Assembly: GCA_026997055.1 (NCBI GenBank)
Contig: JALWJU010000424.1
Location: forward strand, 1 to 41,575
DNA length: 41,575 nucleotides
Direction of reading: 5' to 3'
Source: Paracoccaceae bacterium
Lineage (GTDB): Bacteria; Pseudomonadota; Alphaproteobacteria; Rhodobacterales; Rhodobacteraceae
Program-made: the position numbers and the translations under genes
Part shown: positions 14,748 through 23,512 of the stretch, in pieces
Position numbering within the stretch: position 1 is the stretch's first letter
Layout of the letters: each line of letters begins with the position of its first letter
Notes under the pieces: model-generated
What the model saw: the letters and a program-made list of their open reading frames with translations, nothing else
What the model was told of the DNA's origin: nothing
Databases searched by the model: none

Positions 14748-16158
14748 CTAGGGCCGCATCGAGGATTCTCTTGAAATGTTTCCCGACCTTCTCCGCGAGG
14801 CCAACCGGAACAGCATTGCCAATTTGCGTGTATTTCGGGACCTCGCGATCGAATATGCCTTCCAGAGGGTTCCCGGCCCGGCGCAGGCCACCCGTCGTGC
14901 GTTTCCCGGCAAAACGATACCAGTCGGGAAAAAGTTGCAAGCGCGCCCATTCCCGCACGGTCAGGATTCGCGGCTGGAGGTAGTGCACGTAGTCGTCTGG
15001 CAACGAGGTCGCGGTAATGTTGGGTTCGCCGTTGCCCCACCTAGGCTTCAGGACACGTTGCGAGAACTTCCGCGTCTTGTACTCGTCCGGGATTTCGCCA
15101 TTGTTCTGCAGCATGTGGTCAAACTTCGCGACAACGGTTGCCTTGTGCTTGCTGTATTCCTGCTCAGTCAGCACTACCCGGCGCTTCGAATACCATGGCG
15201 GTGCACTGCGGAGGCGTTTTTGAATAGGCGTGCGCGCTGGCCGAGGGTAGGCAGTGGTTTCGAACTTTCCACGTGGAAAACTGCCCGATCGCAGGACATC
15301 GGCGACAGAGGGGTCAACGAGATCGCCAAGAAGGTCCACGAGGTCCGGGTAAGTCCCCGGGTTGCCTCTGGGCAAAAAGCCGCATTTCACCGCATCCTCG
15401 GGATCAGCTCCCGGGTCGAGGAAGGGACATGCCTCCAGAATGTCCTTGCGGATACCGACGAGAAGAACGCGCGGGCGGTTCTGTGGAACGCCGTAATCCT
15501 TCGCGTACACTAGGGACCACCTGACCTCGTATCCGGGAATCCTCCGGAACTCGGCTTTCACGTCGGGAAAAATCAATTCACAGCCGCTTTTCGTCCACTT
15601 GGCATTCAGCAATCCCCGCACGTTTTCAAACAGGAAGATACGCGGGCGCAGCCGGCGAATGACCTGCGCCATGCGCCCATACAGGTGGTTCGACGGAATC
15701 TCCTTGCGGTCAACAGCGTAGGAACGACGGATCCCGATTCCAGAGTAGCCCTGGCAAGGCGGCCCACCCGCCAGAACGTCCAGTGTGCTACCCCCACCGG
15801 TGGCCGGGTTAGCCCTGTCTAAAGGAACAAAGTTTATTTCGGGAATACTGGCCAAGTCCGAAACCAAGGCATCAAGACGCTTCCCCTTGAGGCTCTGTGC
15901 GTCTCGGCAATGAAGCGCCTCGTTCTCTGAGAATTTCATGCCTCCCAGCTCGTGATGCCTATTTTGTAGGTACGTAGCCAGGGCATCCTTGTCTAGCTCG
16001 TTCACGAATACAGGGGTAAAGGATGCGTTTTCGAAGCCGAGAGAAAGGCCGCCACAGCCTGCAAACAAGTCAACCATCGTGTAAAATCGCGACCCATGGG
16101 ATCGCCGCGTCTCCGGTCCAACTCTTTCAATCGTTCCAGCTATATCACCCTGTAACAT
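14734..16158 (-). CDS. DNA (cytosine-5)-methyltransferase
   Basis: All canonical C5-MTase motifs are present: I DLFAGCGGLSLGF, IV GGPPCQGYS, VI FLFENVRGL, VIII QNRPRVLLVG, X GNAVPV. Confidence 0.95.
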   Translation of the reverse strand: MLQGDIAGTIERVGPETRRSHGSRFYTMVDLFAGCGGLSLGFENASFTPVFVNELDKDALATYLQNRHHELGGMKFSENEALHCRDAQSLKGKRLDALVSDLASIPEINFVPLDRANPATGGGSTLDVLAGGPPCQGYSGIGIRRSYAVDRKEIPSNHLYGRMAQVIRRLRPRIFLFENVRGLLNAKWTKSGCELIFPDVKAEFRRIPGYEVRWSLVYAKDYGVPQNRPRVLLVGIRKDILEACPFLDPGADPEDAVKCGFLPRGNPGTYPDLVDLLGDLVDPSVADVLRSGSFPRGKFETTAYPRPARTPIQKRLRSAPPWYSKRRVVLTEQEYSKHKATVVAKFDHMLQNNGEIPDEYKTRKFSQRVLKPRWGNGEPNITATSLPDDYVHYLQPRILTVREWARLQLFPDWYRFAGKRTTGGLRRAGNPLEGIFDREVPKYTQIGNAVPVGLAEKVGKHFKRILDAALGDDA

Positions 16159-16255
16159 CGTGCCGCTCCCGTGATTCTTTACACCCGTTGACTAACACAT
16201 GTAGTATGCAAGGTCCAGGTGGAAACCACATCTGGGAATACTCTACCGGGATCAC

Positions 16256-16828
16256 CTAGTTGCCGCGACTTTTCCAATCCAGCACCGCACGGTTCTCCCC
16301 CGGCCCGGTCACGCCCAGCGCCAACTCGGCCTCAGTCCCCACATCTGCCACCCCGGGGCTACCTGCACGCAGCCCCCGCAATGCCTCGATGTTCCGAACC
16401 ACCTGCGGCGTCCTTGCCAGCGTTTCGGCAAGCGACGCCTGAAACGCCTGCGCCTTCACCTGGTGGCGGGCGCCGAAATAGAAGCTGACGATGGCGCCGA
16501 GCAGCCACCACAGCGGCTCGGGGACAAGGGCAAGGCCCTGCATGCGCGACGAAAACCAGACCGGGTTGACCATCGCGGAGCCGATCAGGAACAGCACGCC
16601 CAGCGCCATGGCGGGCCGCGGCAGGCGGTTGAGGCCATCGATCATGCGGTCGAACAGGCCGCGCTGCTGGCTGAACTCGGCGCCGAACTGATCAAGCGCC
16701 GCGGCCCGGTACTCGGCCGTGCGCCGGGCCTCCGCCTCGGCGTTCGGACGGAAGGTCTCGACCGTCTGACGCACATCCTTCAGCCCGCCGCCGAACAGCC
16801 AGCCGAACAATCCCTCGATCAACCCCAT
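16256..16828 (-). CDS. Holin, 3-TM gene-transfer-release type (RcGTA holin family)
   Basis: I prefer the internal start ATG 16828 (MGLIEGLFGWLFGGGLKDV...), which lies 4 nt after the endolysin stop. Hydrophobic segments are AMALGVLFLIGSAMVNPVWF and LWWLLGAIVSFYFGA. The ORF-track N-terminal extension to 16906 overlaps the endolysin gene. Confidence 0.7.
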   Translation of the reverse strand: MGLIEGLFGWLFGGGLKDVRQTVETFRPNAEAEARRTAEYRAAALDQFGAEFSQQRGLFDRMIDGLNRLPRPAMALGVLFLIGSAMVNPVWFSSRMQGLALVPEPLWWLLGAIVSFYFGARHQVKAQAFQASLAETLARTPQVVRNIEALRGLRAGSPGVADVGTEAELALGVTGPGENRAVLDWKSRGN

Positions 16829-17433
16829 GCCTTCACCCTTTCCGCAAACTCGGCCTCGGTCATCCGGTACCGGGGCCGCATGAATTCCTCCGCCCGCCGG
16901 ATCCACCCTCCCTTGGTGCCGGCCCGGGTACGGGCGAACTTGCGCAAGCGCGGCTTGCGGTCGGCCAGGCGGAAGTAGTAGTTGCGCCGGGCAATGGCAT
17001 AAGCATCGACCAGGTACTGCCCAGCCTTATCATGGGCACGCTTAGCTGCCTCGGCGGTGACCGGCCCGATCAGCCCGTCCACCGTCACCGGCTCATCGAA
17101 CTCGGCGAGCAGGCGCTGCAGGATGCGCACGGCGTTGCTGCCGGCATTGACCTGCATGTCGAAGACGGAAGCGTGCAGCGGCTCGGGCAGCAGGTCGATG
17201 CGAGGCCCGTGGAAATACCGCTCCCTGAAGATCCGCACGGCATCCGCTCGGGTGAGCGCCTTCATGTCTTCGACCGTCACCCGCCCGTCACCGGTCTTGT
17301 CCAGCCCCAGTGCGCGCATGGTGCCGATGGTCACACCGTATTTCGTGGCGCCGCCCGGGTCTGCAGGATCGTTCACGAAGCCACCCTCGCGCGCAACGAT
17401 CTCGCGGGCAATCTCGTCCACGTTCATGTTCAT
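16819..17433 (-). CDS. Endolysin, glycoside hydrolase family 108 plus peptidoglycan-binding domain
   Basis: MNMNVDEIAREIVAREGGFVNDPADPGGATKYGVT is the GH108 signature (EGG..ND..DPGG.T.YG). GGAG lies 5 nt upstream of ATG 17433. The long Arg/Pro-rich extension to 17961 in the ORF track is non-coding shadow. Confidence 0.85.
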   Translation of the reverse strand: MNMNVDEIAREIVAREGGFVNDPADPGGATKYGVTIGTMRALGLDKTGDGRVTVEDMKALTRADAVRIFRERYFHGPRIDLLPEPLHASVFDMQVNAGSNAVRILQRLLAEFDEPVTVDGLIGPVTAEAAKRAHDKAGQYLVDAYAIARRNYYFRLADRKPRLRKFARTRAGTKGGWIRRAEEFMRPRYRMTEAEFAERVKAWG

Positions 17434-17720
17434 TCTCCAATTCCGAAGATCTTCAGCTTCACCGCCACGCCTGCGATCAGCGCGAGCAGCAGGCCGGTGG
17501 TGACGAGCCGCACGGCGGTCTGCCAGGCGGTGCGCCGCGCCATGCGCAGGCTCGCGAGCAGCGTGCGCAGGTCGCGGATGTCGACGGCGGCTTCGGGCCC
17601 CTCGAGGCCGACATCGGCGAGCGCCTTGCGCGCCCCCTTCTCGGCGGCACGTGCCAGGATGGCTTCGAAATCCTCCTCGGGCATGCGGACGAATCCCGCG
17701 TCTTTCGACGGTGGGGTCAT
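17430..17720 (-). CDS. Small phage protein with a C-terminal transmembrane helix (hypothetical; possibly lysis-associated)
   Basis: Starts at ATG 17720 (MTPPSKDAGFVRMPEEDFEAIL...) and ends with the hydrophobic segment VTTGLLLALIAGVAVKLKIFGI. Its stop overlaps the endolysin start (ATGA). Confidence 0.45.
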   Translation of the reverse strand: MTPPSKDAGFVRMPEEDFEAILARAAEKGARKALADVGLEGPEAAVDIRDLRTLLASLRMARRTAWQTAVRLVTTGLLLALIAGVAVKLKIFGIGE

Positions 17721-17746
17721 GGTCGTTTCCTTCTGGTGATTGGAGA

Positions 17747-18487
17747 TCAGGCGACCGGCGCGGTCGGCAGCAGGTACTGGATCGCGATGCGCACATCCCC
17801 GCCGGTGAAGTTGCCGCCATTGGCGGTGAGGACAATCGGCGTAGGCGCATAGAAGGCCTGCGGGCCGATGACGCCGACATTGGTGCTGCCGGCCTCCACG
17901 CCAAGCGAGCCGCCGAACTTGGCCGGCTCGCCAGCGATGCCGCAATCCCAGAAGGTGGCACCGGAAATTGCCGTCACCGTGCGGGTCGAGACCGCCAGCA
18001 CGATGGCCCGGTCGGGAATGGCGATGGTGGAGGTGACCGAGGCGCCGGAGAGCCCCGAGAGCAACTCTTCGTCCACGTGCAGCCCGATGGACGATCCGCT
18101 CGGTCCCCGGGCCACCTCGACGGCCGGGCCGCGCACCAGCAGACCCAGGGCCACATCGAGCTTGAGCCACGCCCCGCCCATGCGCACCAGCAGTGCCCCC
18201 TCATCCTCCACCCACACGCGCCATCCCTCCTGCGGAGAAAGTCGAAACCATGCACCACCCGTAAACAGCGCCACTTCGCCGTCCCACCCGGCCCATGCGC
18301 CGGTGGCGCCAGCCGCCACGATGTAACGCTCCCCCTCGGCCGGGCTGGCCGGAGGTACGGTCAGGTCTCGGTTTTTCACCGTGAGCTGCACCAGCCCATC
18401 GAGCCGGGCCAGCGCCTCGTTGACGGTGACATGCTTCTGGGCCTGGGCGGCGGCGAGAAATGGCAGGGCAAGGTTGGGGGTGGTCAT
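17747..18487 (-). CDS. DUF2793-like phage tail/fibre protein
   Basis: The N-terminus MTTPNLALPFLAAAQAQKHVTVNEALARLD is as I recall for DUF2793 proteins that follow GTA g15-like genes. The start overlaps the g15-like stop (ATGA). Confidence 0.55.
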   Translation of the reverse strand: MTTPNLALPFLAAAQAQKHVTVNEALARLDGLVQLTVKNRDLTVPPASPAEGERYIVAAGATGAWAGWDGEVALFTGGAWFRLSPQEGWRVWVEDEGALLVRMGGAWLKLDVALGLLVRGPAVEVARGPSGSSIGLHVDEELLSGLSGASVTSTIAIPDRAIVLAVSTRTVTAISGATFWDCGIAGEPAKFGGSLGVEAGSTNVGVIGPQAFYAPTPIVLTANGGNFTGGDVRIAIQYLLPTAPVA

Positions 18488-21400
18488 GAGGCGGCCTCCG
18501 TGACGGTGAGGGTGGTGACAAGCGGTACGCCGCGGCCCAGCGCGCCGATCTGGGTGATGCGGACATCAAGGCTGGCGACAGGGCCACTGAAATCGGTGGT
18601 CTGCATGCTGGCGGTGTACGTGAAGGCCGGCGTGGTCAGCCCGGTGACGGTTCGCACCACGGCGCCACCGTTCAGGATTTCCAGATCATAGGCCTCGCTG
18701 GCCTCCGACATCGGCACCTCGGTCAGTACCCAGCTGTCGGCGGCGAGCGCCCGGTCGCGGCGCAGCCAGCGGATGGCGAGATCGCCGTTCGCCTCGCGCC
18801 GCATGCGGGGCTGGGCCGGGGCAAAGGGCATCAGGCCCCGGCCGTTCGGTGTAAACGCAAGCGCCTGCATGATGGGATCGGAGGGCGCGGCAGTACCCGG
18901 CCCGATGCGCCAGTTCCAGGGGATGCCGAGATCGGCCTCGGCGATCGACAACTGCTGGACGGCGGTGTCGAGGATGACCACCCTCGCGCCAGTGGGCGCC
19001 GGATCGCCCATGGCATCTTCCGTGCCCCGCTGGCCGCGCAGCAGGCGGGTGAGGCGGTAGCGCCCGGTCGAGACCAGTTCCGCGTTCCCGAACTGGACGA
19101 TCTCCCAGACATCGCTCGCACTCTCGACCGCCAGCACGTTTGCGCCGTTCAGAAGCTCGGTATCGGTGACCGAAGCCAGCGTGCCTGACGACAGGTCCAC
19201 CAGCAGCTCGCTGCCCATGTCGAAGCGGTCCACGGGGCCGACAGGAAGATCAGCCGCTAATGCGCCCATGCGCGCCGGTGCGCCGATGGTGTTGAGCAGT
19301 TGGAAGCCCGAAGTGTCCGCACTGCGCCAGACTGCGCCGGTGCCGTACCAGGGCCTCGCAAACACCGCCGCATTCAGGCGATGCGCTGGCACGCCGTCGG
19401 CCAGTTGCGGCAGGTCCATGAGCGCGACCTCGGCCGGGCCGAAGACGTTGGGGGTGGAAAGCTGTGGCGCGCGACCCTTGCCCGGCGGAAGATCGTAGAG
19501 GGCGGCATCGGTGCGGATCGCCTCGATGGCACGCGCACCTGCATCGGCGATGCGGGTAAGGCGGTAATCCACTTTCCGCCCGTCATGCTCCAGCGCAATC
19601 ACGTCGCCCGCGTCGAGCGCCAGCATTGACGGGGGCAGCCGGGCGGTCAGAGTCTCGCGCCCCACCCAGGCCTCCATCAGCGCGCGGCGACAGCGTCGGC
19701 CGGCTTCTTCGAGGGAGACTGCCAGCGGGAAGGTCTCGGAGGACACCCGCGCCACCTGCACGGTGCTGCGGCGCGCCTCCACCGTCGCCGCGTCATACTC
19801 CTCGTCGGCCCGCACCAGCTGCCACTTGAGCGCCTGGGACAGCTCGGTCTCCTGCCCGCGGGTCAGCTCCATGACTTCCGCCTGGCCATTGCCGACCAAC
19901 TGGTCCGGCGTAATGGTCATGGCTGCCGCCCGGCCACGGGTGCGGAACACGATCTTCCCACCGCTTTCCACTGCATCGAAGCCGAAGTGCCGGGCCAGCA
20001 CCGAGATCGAGGCGCGGGGGCTTTCGAGCGCGGCCACGGTGAAGCCCGGCACGATGGCGGAAAGCTCGGAGACATCCACCAGGCTCGCGTCCAGCCCAGC
20101 CGCGCGGCACAGATCGCGCACCAGCGCGCCCAATGACACCTGCCCGAGACGTCCGCCCATCCAGTGCCCCAGTCGCCAGTTGGCGGCGTCCGACCAGACA
20201 TCCGCACGGGCCGGGAAATCCGGATATGGCCGGGCGTCCCAGGTCCAGAGCGCCGCTTCGGCGATGTCGATCATCGGTTGGCCGGTGACAGTGGAGACCG
20301 GGTTCTTCGTGGCATCACCCCAGTAGGAGAGCGTCGCCTCGATGTAGGCCCGCTGCACCGCCTCGTCCGGCCAGCCGCGCGAGAAATACGACACGGCACT
20401 CTCGGACGACTTCGGGTCGTAGAACACGTTCGGCTGGTTGGTGCCGCGATCGACGGCGGGGCAGCCGAACTCGGTGAAGCGGATGGGCTTCATCTCGGGA
20501 ACCCAACCGGTCGTTGACTGGCCGTATGGCAATACCTCCACCCCGTAGACCACGATGTCCTCGCCCACGGTGGCCGCGCGCGGCCCGATGCGGAAACCCG
20601 CCGAGCCCGACAGGCCGGCCGTCACATCCATGGTGATCTTCCACAGGCCCGGCGAAACCTCGGTCTGGCTGGTGGCGTTGATCATGTGCGCGCCAGCCGC
20701 GGTGCTTTCCCAGCCGCCGATGGCGCCGAAATAGGAAGCATGATCTGCGCCCGCGCCCAGCGCGAGGTAAAGCGCGAAGTCGCCGGAGGTGCCCGGGGCC
20801 ACGTAAGCCGTGATCACCACCCGTTCACCCGCCGACAGCATCCGATAGCCCGGCGTCGCCCCGTGCCATGTCGCGCCATCGGAGGCCACGAGCGCTGGCG
20901 AGGTGAACGGGCCGAAGGTTCCGCTGGTGGCGGTGATCGCCACCGTAGAGGGGTTTGGATCGTAGCTTGCCGGATCGGCGGCATTCTCGAAGAAGCCGAA
21001 CCGCACGCCGCCCAGGCGGTCATGGTGGGGGTTCTGCCACCAGCTGCGCATGCCCTTGGGGCGGAACAGCCAGGGCTCGTTGTAGAACCCGTCCGTGATC
21101 GGCGTCCTGATCTGCGCATCGCGGTCAGCGCTTGAGGCGTAGTACCAGTCGTAGGCTTCCCCGCCCTCGATGTTGGCCTTGAGGTAGTCCAGATCCCGGA
21201 CCGAGACCCAGCCGGCCTGGGCGTCGAGATGATTCACACAATCACGCCAGTCGGAAAGCGGCAGGTAATTGTCGATGCCGATGAAGTCGATCGCCGGGTC
21301 GGCCCACAGCGGATCGAGGTGGAACAGCGCGTCCCCCGACCCGTCCGCCGGCTGATGCCCGAAATACTCGGACCAGTCGGCGGCATAGCTGATCTTCGTG

Positions 21401-22917
21401 CCGGTCCCGAGGATCGCGCGCACGTCCGCCGCCAGCTGGCGGAGTGCCGCCACGGCCGGAAACCCGGTGGCGCTGTCGCGGATCGTGGTCAGACCGACAA
21501 GCTCCGAGCCGATCAGGAATGCGTCGACGCCGCCGGCGGCCTTGCACAGATGGGCATAGTGCAGGATCATCCGTCGGAAGCCCCAGTCATTGCCGCCGGT
21601 CCAGCTGACACTCTCGCCCGAAACCGCAAAGTCCGACACCTGGGCATTGCCGAAGAAGGCCGCCACCTGGCCGGCCGCCTCAGACGTCTTGTCGACCGTG
21701 CCGGCAAAGCCCGCCGCCGGCGAGCAAGTGATGCGCCCGCGCCAAGGATGCGCCGGCTGGCCCAGCGTCGCGGCGTTGTCGGAATAGGGATCGGGCAGGC
21801 TGTTCCCCTCGGGAATGTCCATCAGCAGGAAGGGGTAGAAGGTGACCCTGAGCCCGCGCGCCTTCATCTCCCTGATCGCCTGCGCCACCGAGAAGTCGGC
21901 TGGTGTGCCGCCGTAATTCACCCGGCCTTGCGCATCGGTGCTGATCAGGTGGGCATTGGCACGGTCCACGCCGTTCACGGACCAGGTCTTCGGCGCGGTG
22001 GTCTTGCTCGCTGTCTCGACTCCGGGCCTGATCTGGCAGTTGCCCGCGCGCAGATCGAGGCCGAACCAGCTGACCACCAGCGAGACGTTCTCGATGTTCG
22101 GGGCCGCAGCCTGCAGGTTGTCGAGCGCGGCCAGGATGTCCGGCCTGCCGGTCTGGTTGTTCACATTCTCCGAGGCCGTCGAACCTCCGGTACCCCGGGT
22201 GATCGGCTCTGTGGCGTAGACGAACTCGCCGGAGCCCGGGATCATGGTGACGGACCGCACCATGCCCTCGGCGGTGTCCGCTTCTACCAGCGGCCGGAAC
22301 ACCTCGAAGGAGAGCTGCGGGATGCGGTTGCCGAAGGGGGTGAGGTCAAGCTCTTCGAACATCACGTAAGCCGTACCCCGATAGGCGGGCGCGTTGCCGG
22401 TGCCCATCCTGGCCTCGATGAACGGGTCTGGAACCTGCGCCTCGTCGCCCGGATACAGCCGCCAGGTCGCATCCTTGAGATCGAGCGGCTTGCCGTCGGC
22501 CCAGATCCGACCGATGCCCGAGATCGGTCCCTCGCACAACGCCACGGCGAAGGACGCGGTGTAGCTGTAGCTGGTGGTGGTGACCTTCGGCCCGCCGCCC
22601 TTGCCGCCGCCCGAGGTGCTGGTGCTGACATGCTCGGTGAAGTCGGTGGCCCAGATGATGTTGCCACCAAGGCGCATCCGGCCCCAGATGCGGGGAATCA
22701 CCGCGCCCTCGGTCGAGGTGGTGACGGCGAGGTTCTCCAGCCGCGCTCCCTCGATCCGCTGGCCGGGGGTGAATTGCGAGACGATCCAGCTGTCAATGAG
22801 CGAGCCGGCAAACGAGCCCACGGCTCCACCAATCGTAGCGGCGGACACGCCGAGTATCGACCCGCCGATCGAGGCGCCCAGCGCTGAGCCGGCGGAAGCA
22901 AGAAGGATCGATGCCAT
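18484..22917 (-). CDS. Large distal-tail / host-specificity protein, RcGTA g15 homologue (1477 aa)
   Basis: The Gly/Ala/Ser-rich hydrophobic N-terminus MASILLASAGSALGASIGGSILG, the size, and the position after an NlpC/P60 gene are all typical of alphaproteobacterial GTA/prophage g15 proteins. Confidence 0.8.
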   Translation of the reverse strand: MASILLASAGSALGASIGGSILGVSAATIGGAVGSFAGSLIDSWIVSQFTPGQRIEGARLENLAVTTSTEGAVIPRIWGRMRLGGNIIWATDFTEHVSTSTSGGGKGGGPKVTTTSYSYTASFAVALCEGPISGIGRIWADGKPLDLKDATWRLYPGDEAQVPDPFIEARMGTGNAPAYRGTAYVMFEELDLTPFGNRIPQLSFEVFRPLVEADTAEGMVRSVTMIPGSGEFVYATEPITRGTGGSTASENVNNQTGRPDILAALDNLQAAAPNIENVSLVVSWFGLDLRAGNCQIRPGVETASKTTAPKTWSVNGVDRANAHLISTDAQGRVNYGGTPADFSVAQAIREMKARGLRVTFYPFLLMDIPEGNSLPDPYSDNAATLGQPAHPWRGRITCSPAAGFAGTVDKTSEAAGQVAAFFGNAQVSDFAVSGESVSWTGGNDWGFRRMILHYAHLCKAAGGVDAFLIGSELVGLTTIRDSATGFPAVAALRQLAADVRAILGTGTKISYAADWSEYFGHQPADGSGDALFHLDPLWADPAIDFIGIDNYLPLSDWRDCVNHLDAQAGWVSVRDLDYLKANIEGGEAYDWYYASSADRDAQIRTPITDGFYNEPWLFRPKGMRSWWQNPHHDRLGGVRFGFFENAADPASYDPNPSTVAITATSGTFGPFTSPALVASDGATWHGATPGYRMLSAGERVVITAYVAPGTSGDFALYLALGAGADHASYFGAIGGWESTAAGAHMINATSQTEVSPGLWKITMDVTAGLSGSAGFRIGPRAATVGEDIVVYGVEVLPYGQSTTGWVPEMKPIRFTEFGCPAVDRGTNQPNVFYDPKSSESAVSYFSRGWPDEAVQRAYIEATLSYWGDATKNPVSTVTGQPMIDIAEAALWTWDARPYPDFPARADVWSDAANWRLGHWMGGRLGQVSLGALVRDLCRAAGLDASLVDVSELSAIVPGFTVAALESPRASISVLARHFGFDAVESGGKIVFRTRGRAAAMTITPDQLVGNGQAEVMELTRGQETELSQALKWQLVRADEEYDAATVEARRSTVQVARVSSETFPLAVSLEEAGRRCRRALMEAWVGRETLTARLPPSMLALDAGDVIALEHDGRKVDYRLTRIADAGARAIEAIRTDAALYDLPPGKGRAPQLSTPNVFGPAEVALMDLPQLADGVPAHRLNAAVFARPWYGTGAVWRSADTSGFQLLNTIGAPARMGALAADLPVGPVDRFDMGSELLVDLSSGTLASVTDTELLNGANVLAVESASDVWEIVQFGNAELVSTGRYRLTRLLRGQRGTEDAMGDPAPTGARVVILDTAVQQLSIAEADLGIPWNWRIGPGTAAPSDPIMQALAFTPNGRGLMPFAPAQPRMRREANGDLAIRWLRRDRALAADSWVLTEVPMSEASEAYDLEILNGGAVVRTVTGLTTPAFTYTASMQTTDFSGPVASLDVRITQIGALGRGVPLVTTLTVTEAAS

Positions 22918-22920
22918 GGG

Positions 22921-23400
22921 TCAGGTCGTGTCGTTGTCGGGGACGGGAAAGCGGAAGGCGAAGGCGATGCGCCGGCGCCAGGGGTCGGTCAGGGGTTCTT
23001 CGATGACCCCGGTGCGTTCGTAGGCGTGAATGAAGCGGGAATGCGGCGTCAGGATGCCGGCGTGCTTGGCAATCGCTCCCTGCCGCATGCGAAACAGCAC
23101 CACGTCGCCCGTGCGGGCTTCGGCAACGTCGATCTCCACCATCGCCACCCGCGCGGCCTCGGCCAGCACTTCATGCGGCCCGGCCTCGCCCCAGTCGCGG
23201 GAATAGGGCGGCACCGGCATCGGCTCCGGGCCGACGACTTCGCGCCACACGCCCCGGATCAGGCCGAGGCAGTCGCAGCCCACGCCCTTCACCGAGGCCT
23301 GGTCGTGGTAGGGCGTGCCGAGCCAGCCCCGCGCGGCCCGGACGATCCGCGCGGGCATGATCTTCGCTGCCCTGTCGCCGTGGGCGTTCCCACCGGTCAC
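22921..23400 (-). CDS. NlpC/P60 family cell-wall peptidase (RcGTA g14 homologue)
   Basis: ARGWLGTPYHDQASVKGVGCDCLGLIRGVW carries the catalytic Cys, and a downstream HAGIL carries the His. The start may instead be ATG 23358 (MPARIV). Confidence 0.8.
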   Translation of the reverse strand: MTGGNAHGDRAAKIMPARIVRAARGWLGTPYHDQASVKGVGCDCLGLIRGVWREVVGPEPMPVPPYSRDWGEAGPHEVLAEAARVAMVEIDVAEARTGDVVLFRMRQGAIAKHAGILTPHSRFIHAYERTGVIEEPLTDPWRRRIAFAFRFPVPDNDTT

Positions 23401-23512
23401 AGCACCGCCCCCGCGTTTTCCTCGCCTCTCGCGGCATAGCGGATCCCGTTCGGCGGGCAGACGGTCCCCCGGACCGTCTGCTTATCCGCCTCACCCTGCC
23501 CGGGAATGTGCT

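Noticed and set aside
2126-16158. Classifying the island as Druantia type II (with the C5-methyltransferase as DruM) or as DISARM
   Set aside because: The methyltransferase is on the opposite strand. It heads its own operon with an overlapping MutH-like endonuclease, so it is a conventional type II restriction-modification system. There are no DruF/G-sized genes. DISARM has separate DrmA and DrmB proteins plus a PLD or SNF2 gene, none of which are present.
16159-16255. Sigma70-like plus-strand promoter TTTACA-18-TAGTAT (about 16178-16207) between the methyltransferase and the holin
   Set aside because: It points into the 3' end of the convergent holin gene with no downstream plus-strand ORF. 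I could not find a convincing minus-strand promoter for the restriction-modification operon by eye either, so no promoter is called here.
16819-17961. 380-aa form of the endolysin ORF, and 246-aa form of ORF 17430..18170
   Set aside because: The N-terminal extensions are Arg/Pro/Ala-rich shadow sequence that overlaps the DUF2793 and small TM genes. Internal ATGs with Shine-Dalgarno sequences or ATGA coupling give compact, motif-bearing proteins.
21229-22887. 552-aa plus-strand ORF antisense to the g15-like gene. Similar long antisense or alternate-frame ORFs: 17651..18691, 23315..24202, 24658..25368, 25214..26455, 26672..27508, 29583..30995, 31324..32379, 33603..35201, 35002..37044, 36014..37300, 37959..38951, 39874..41100
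   Set aside because: All lie opposite to, or out of frame with, genes carrying clear phage motifs and have Arg/Gly/Pro/Ala-dominated composition. They are typical high-GC shadow ORFs.
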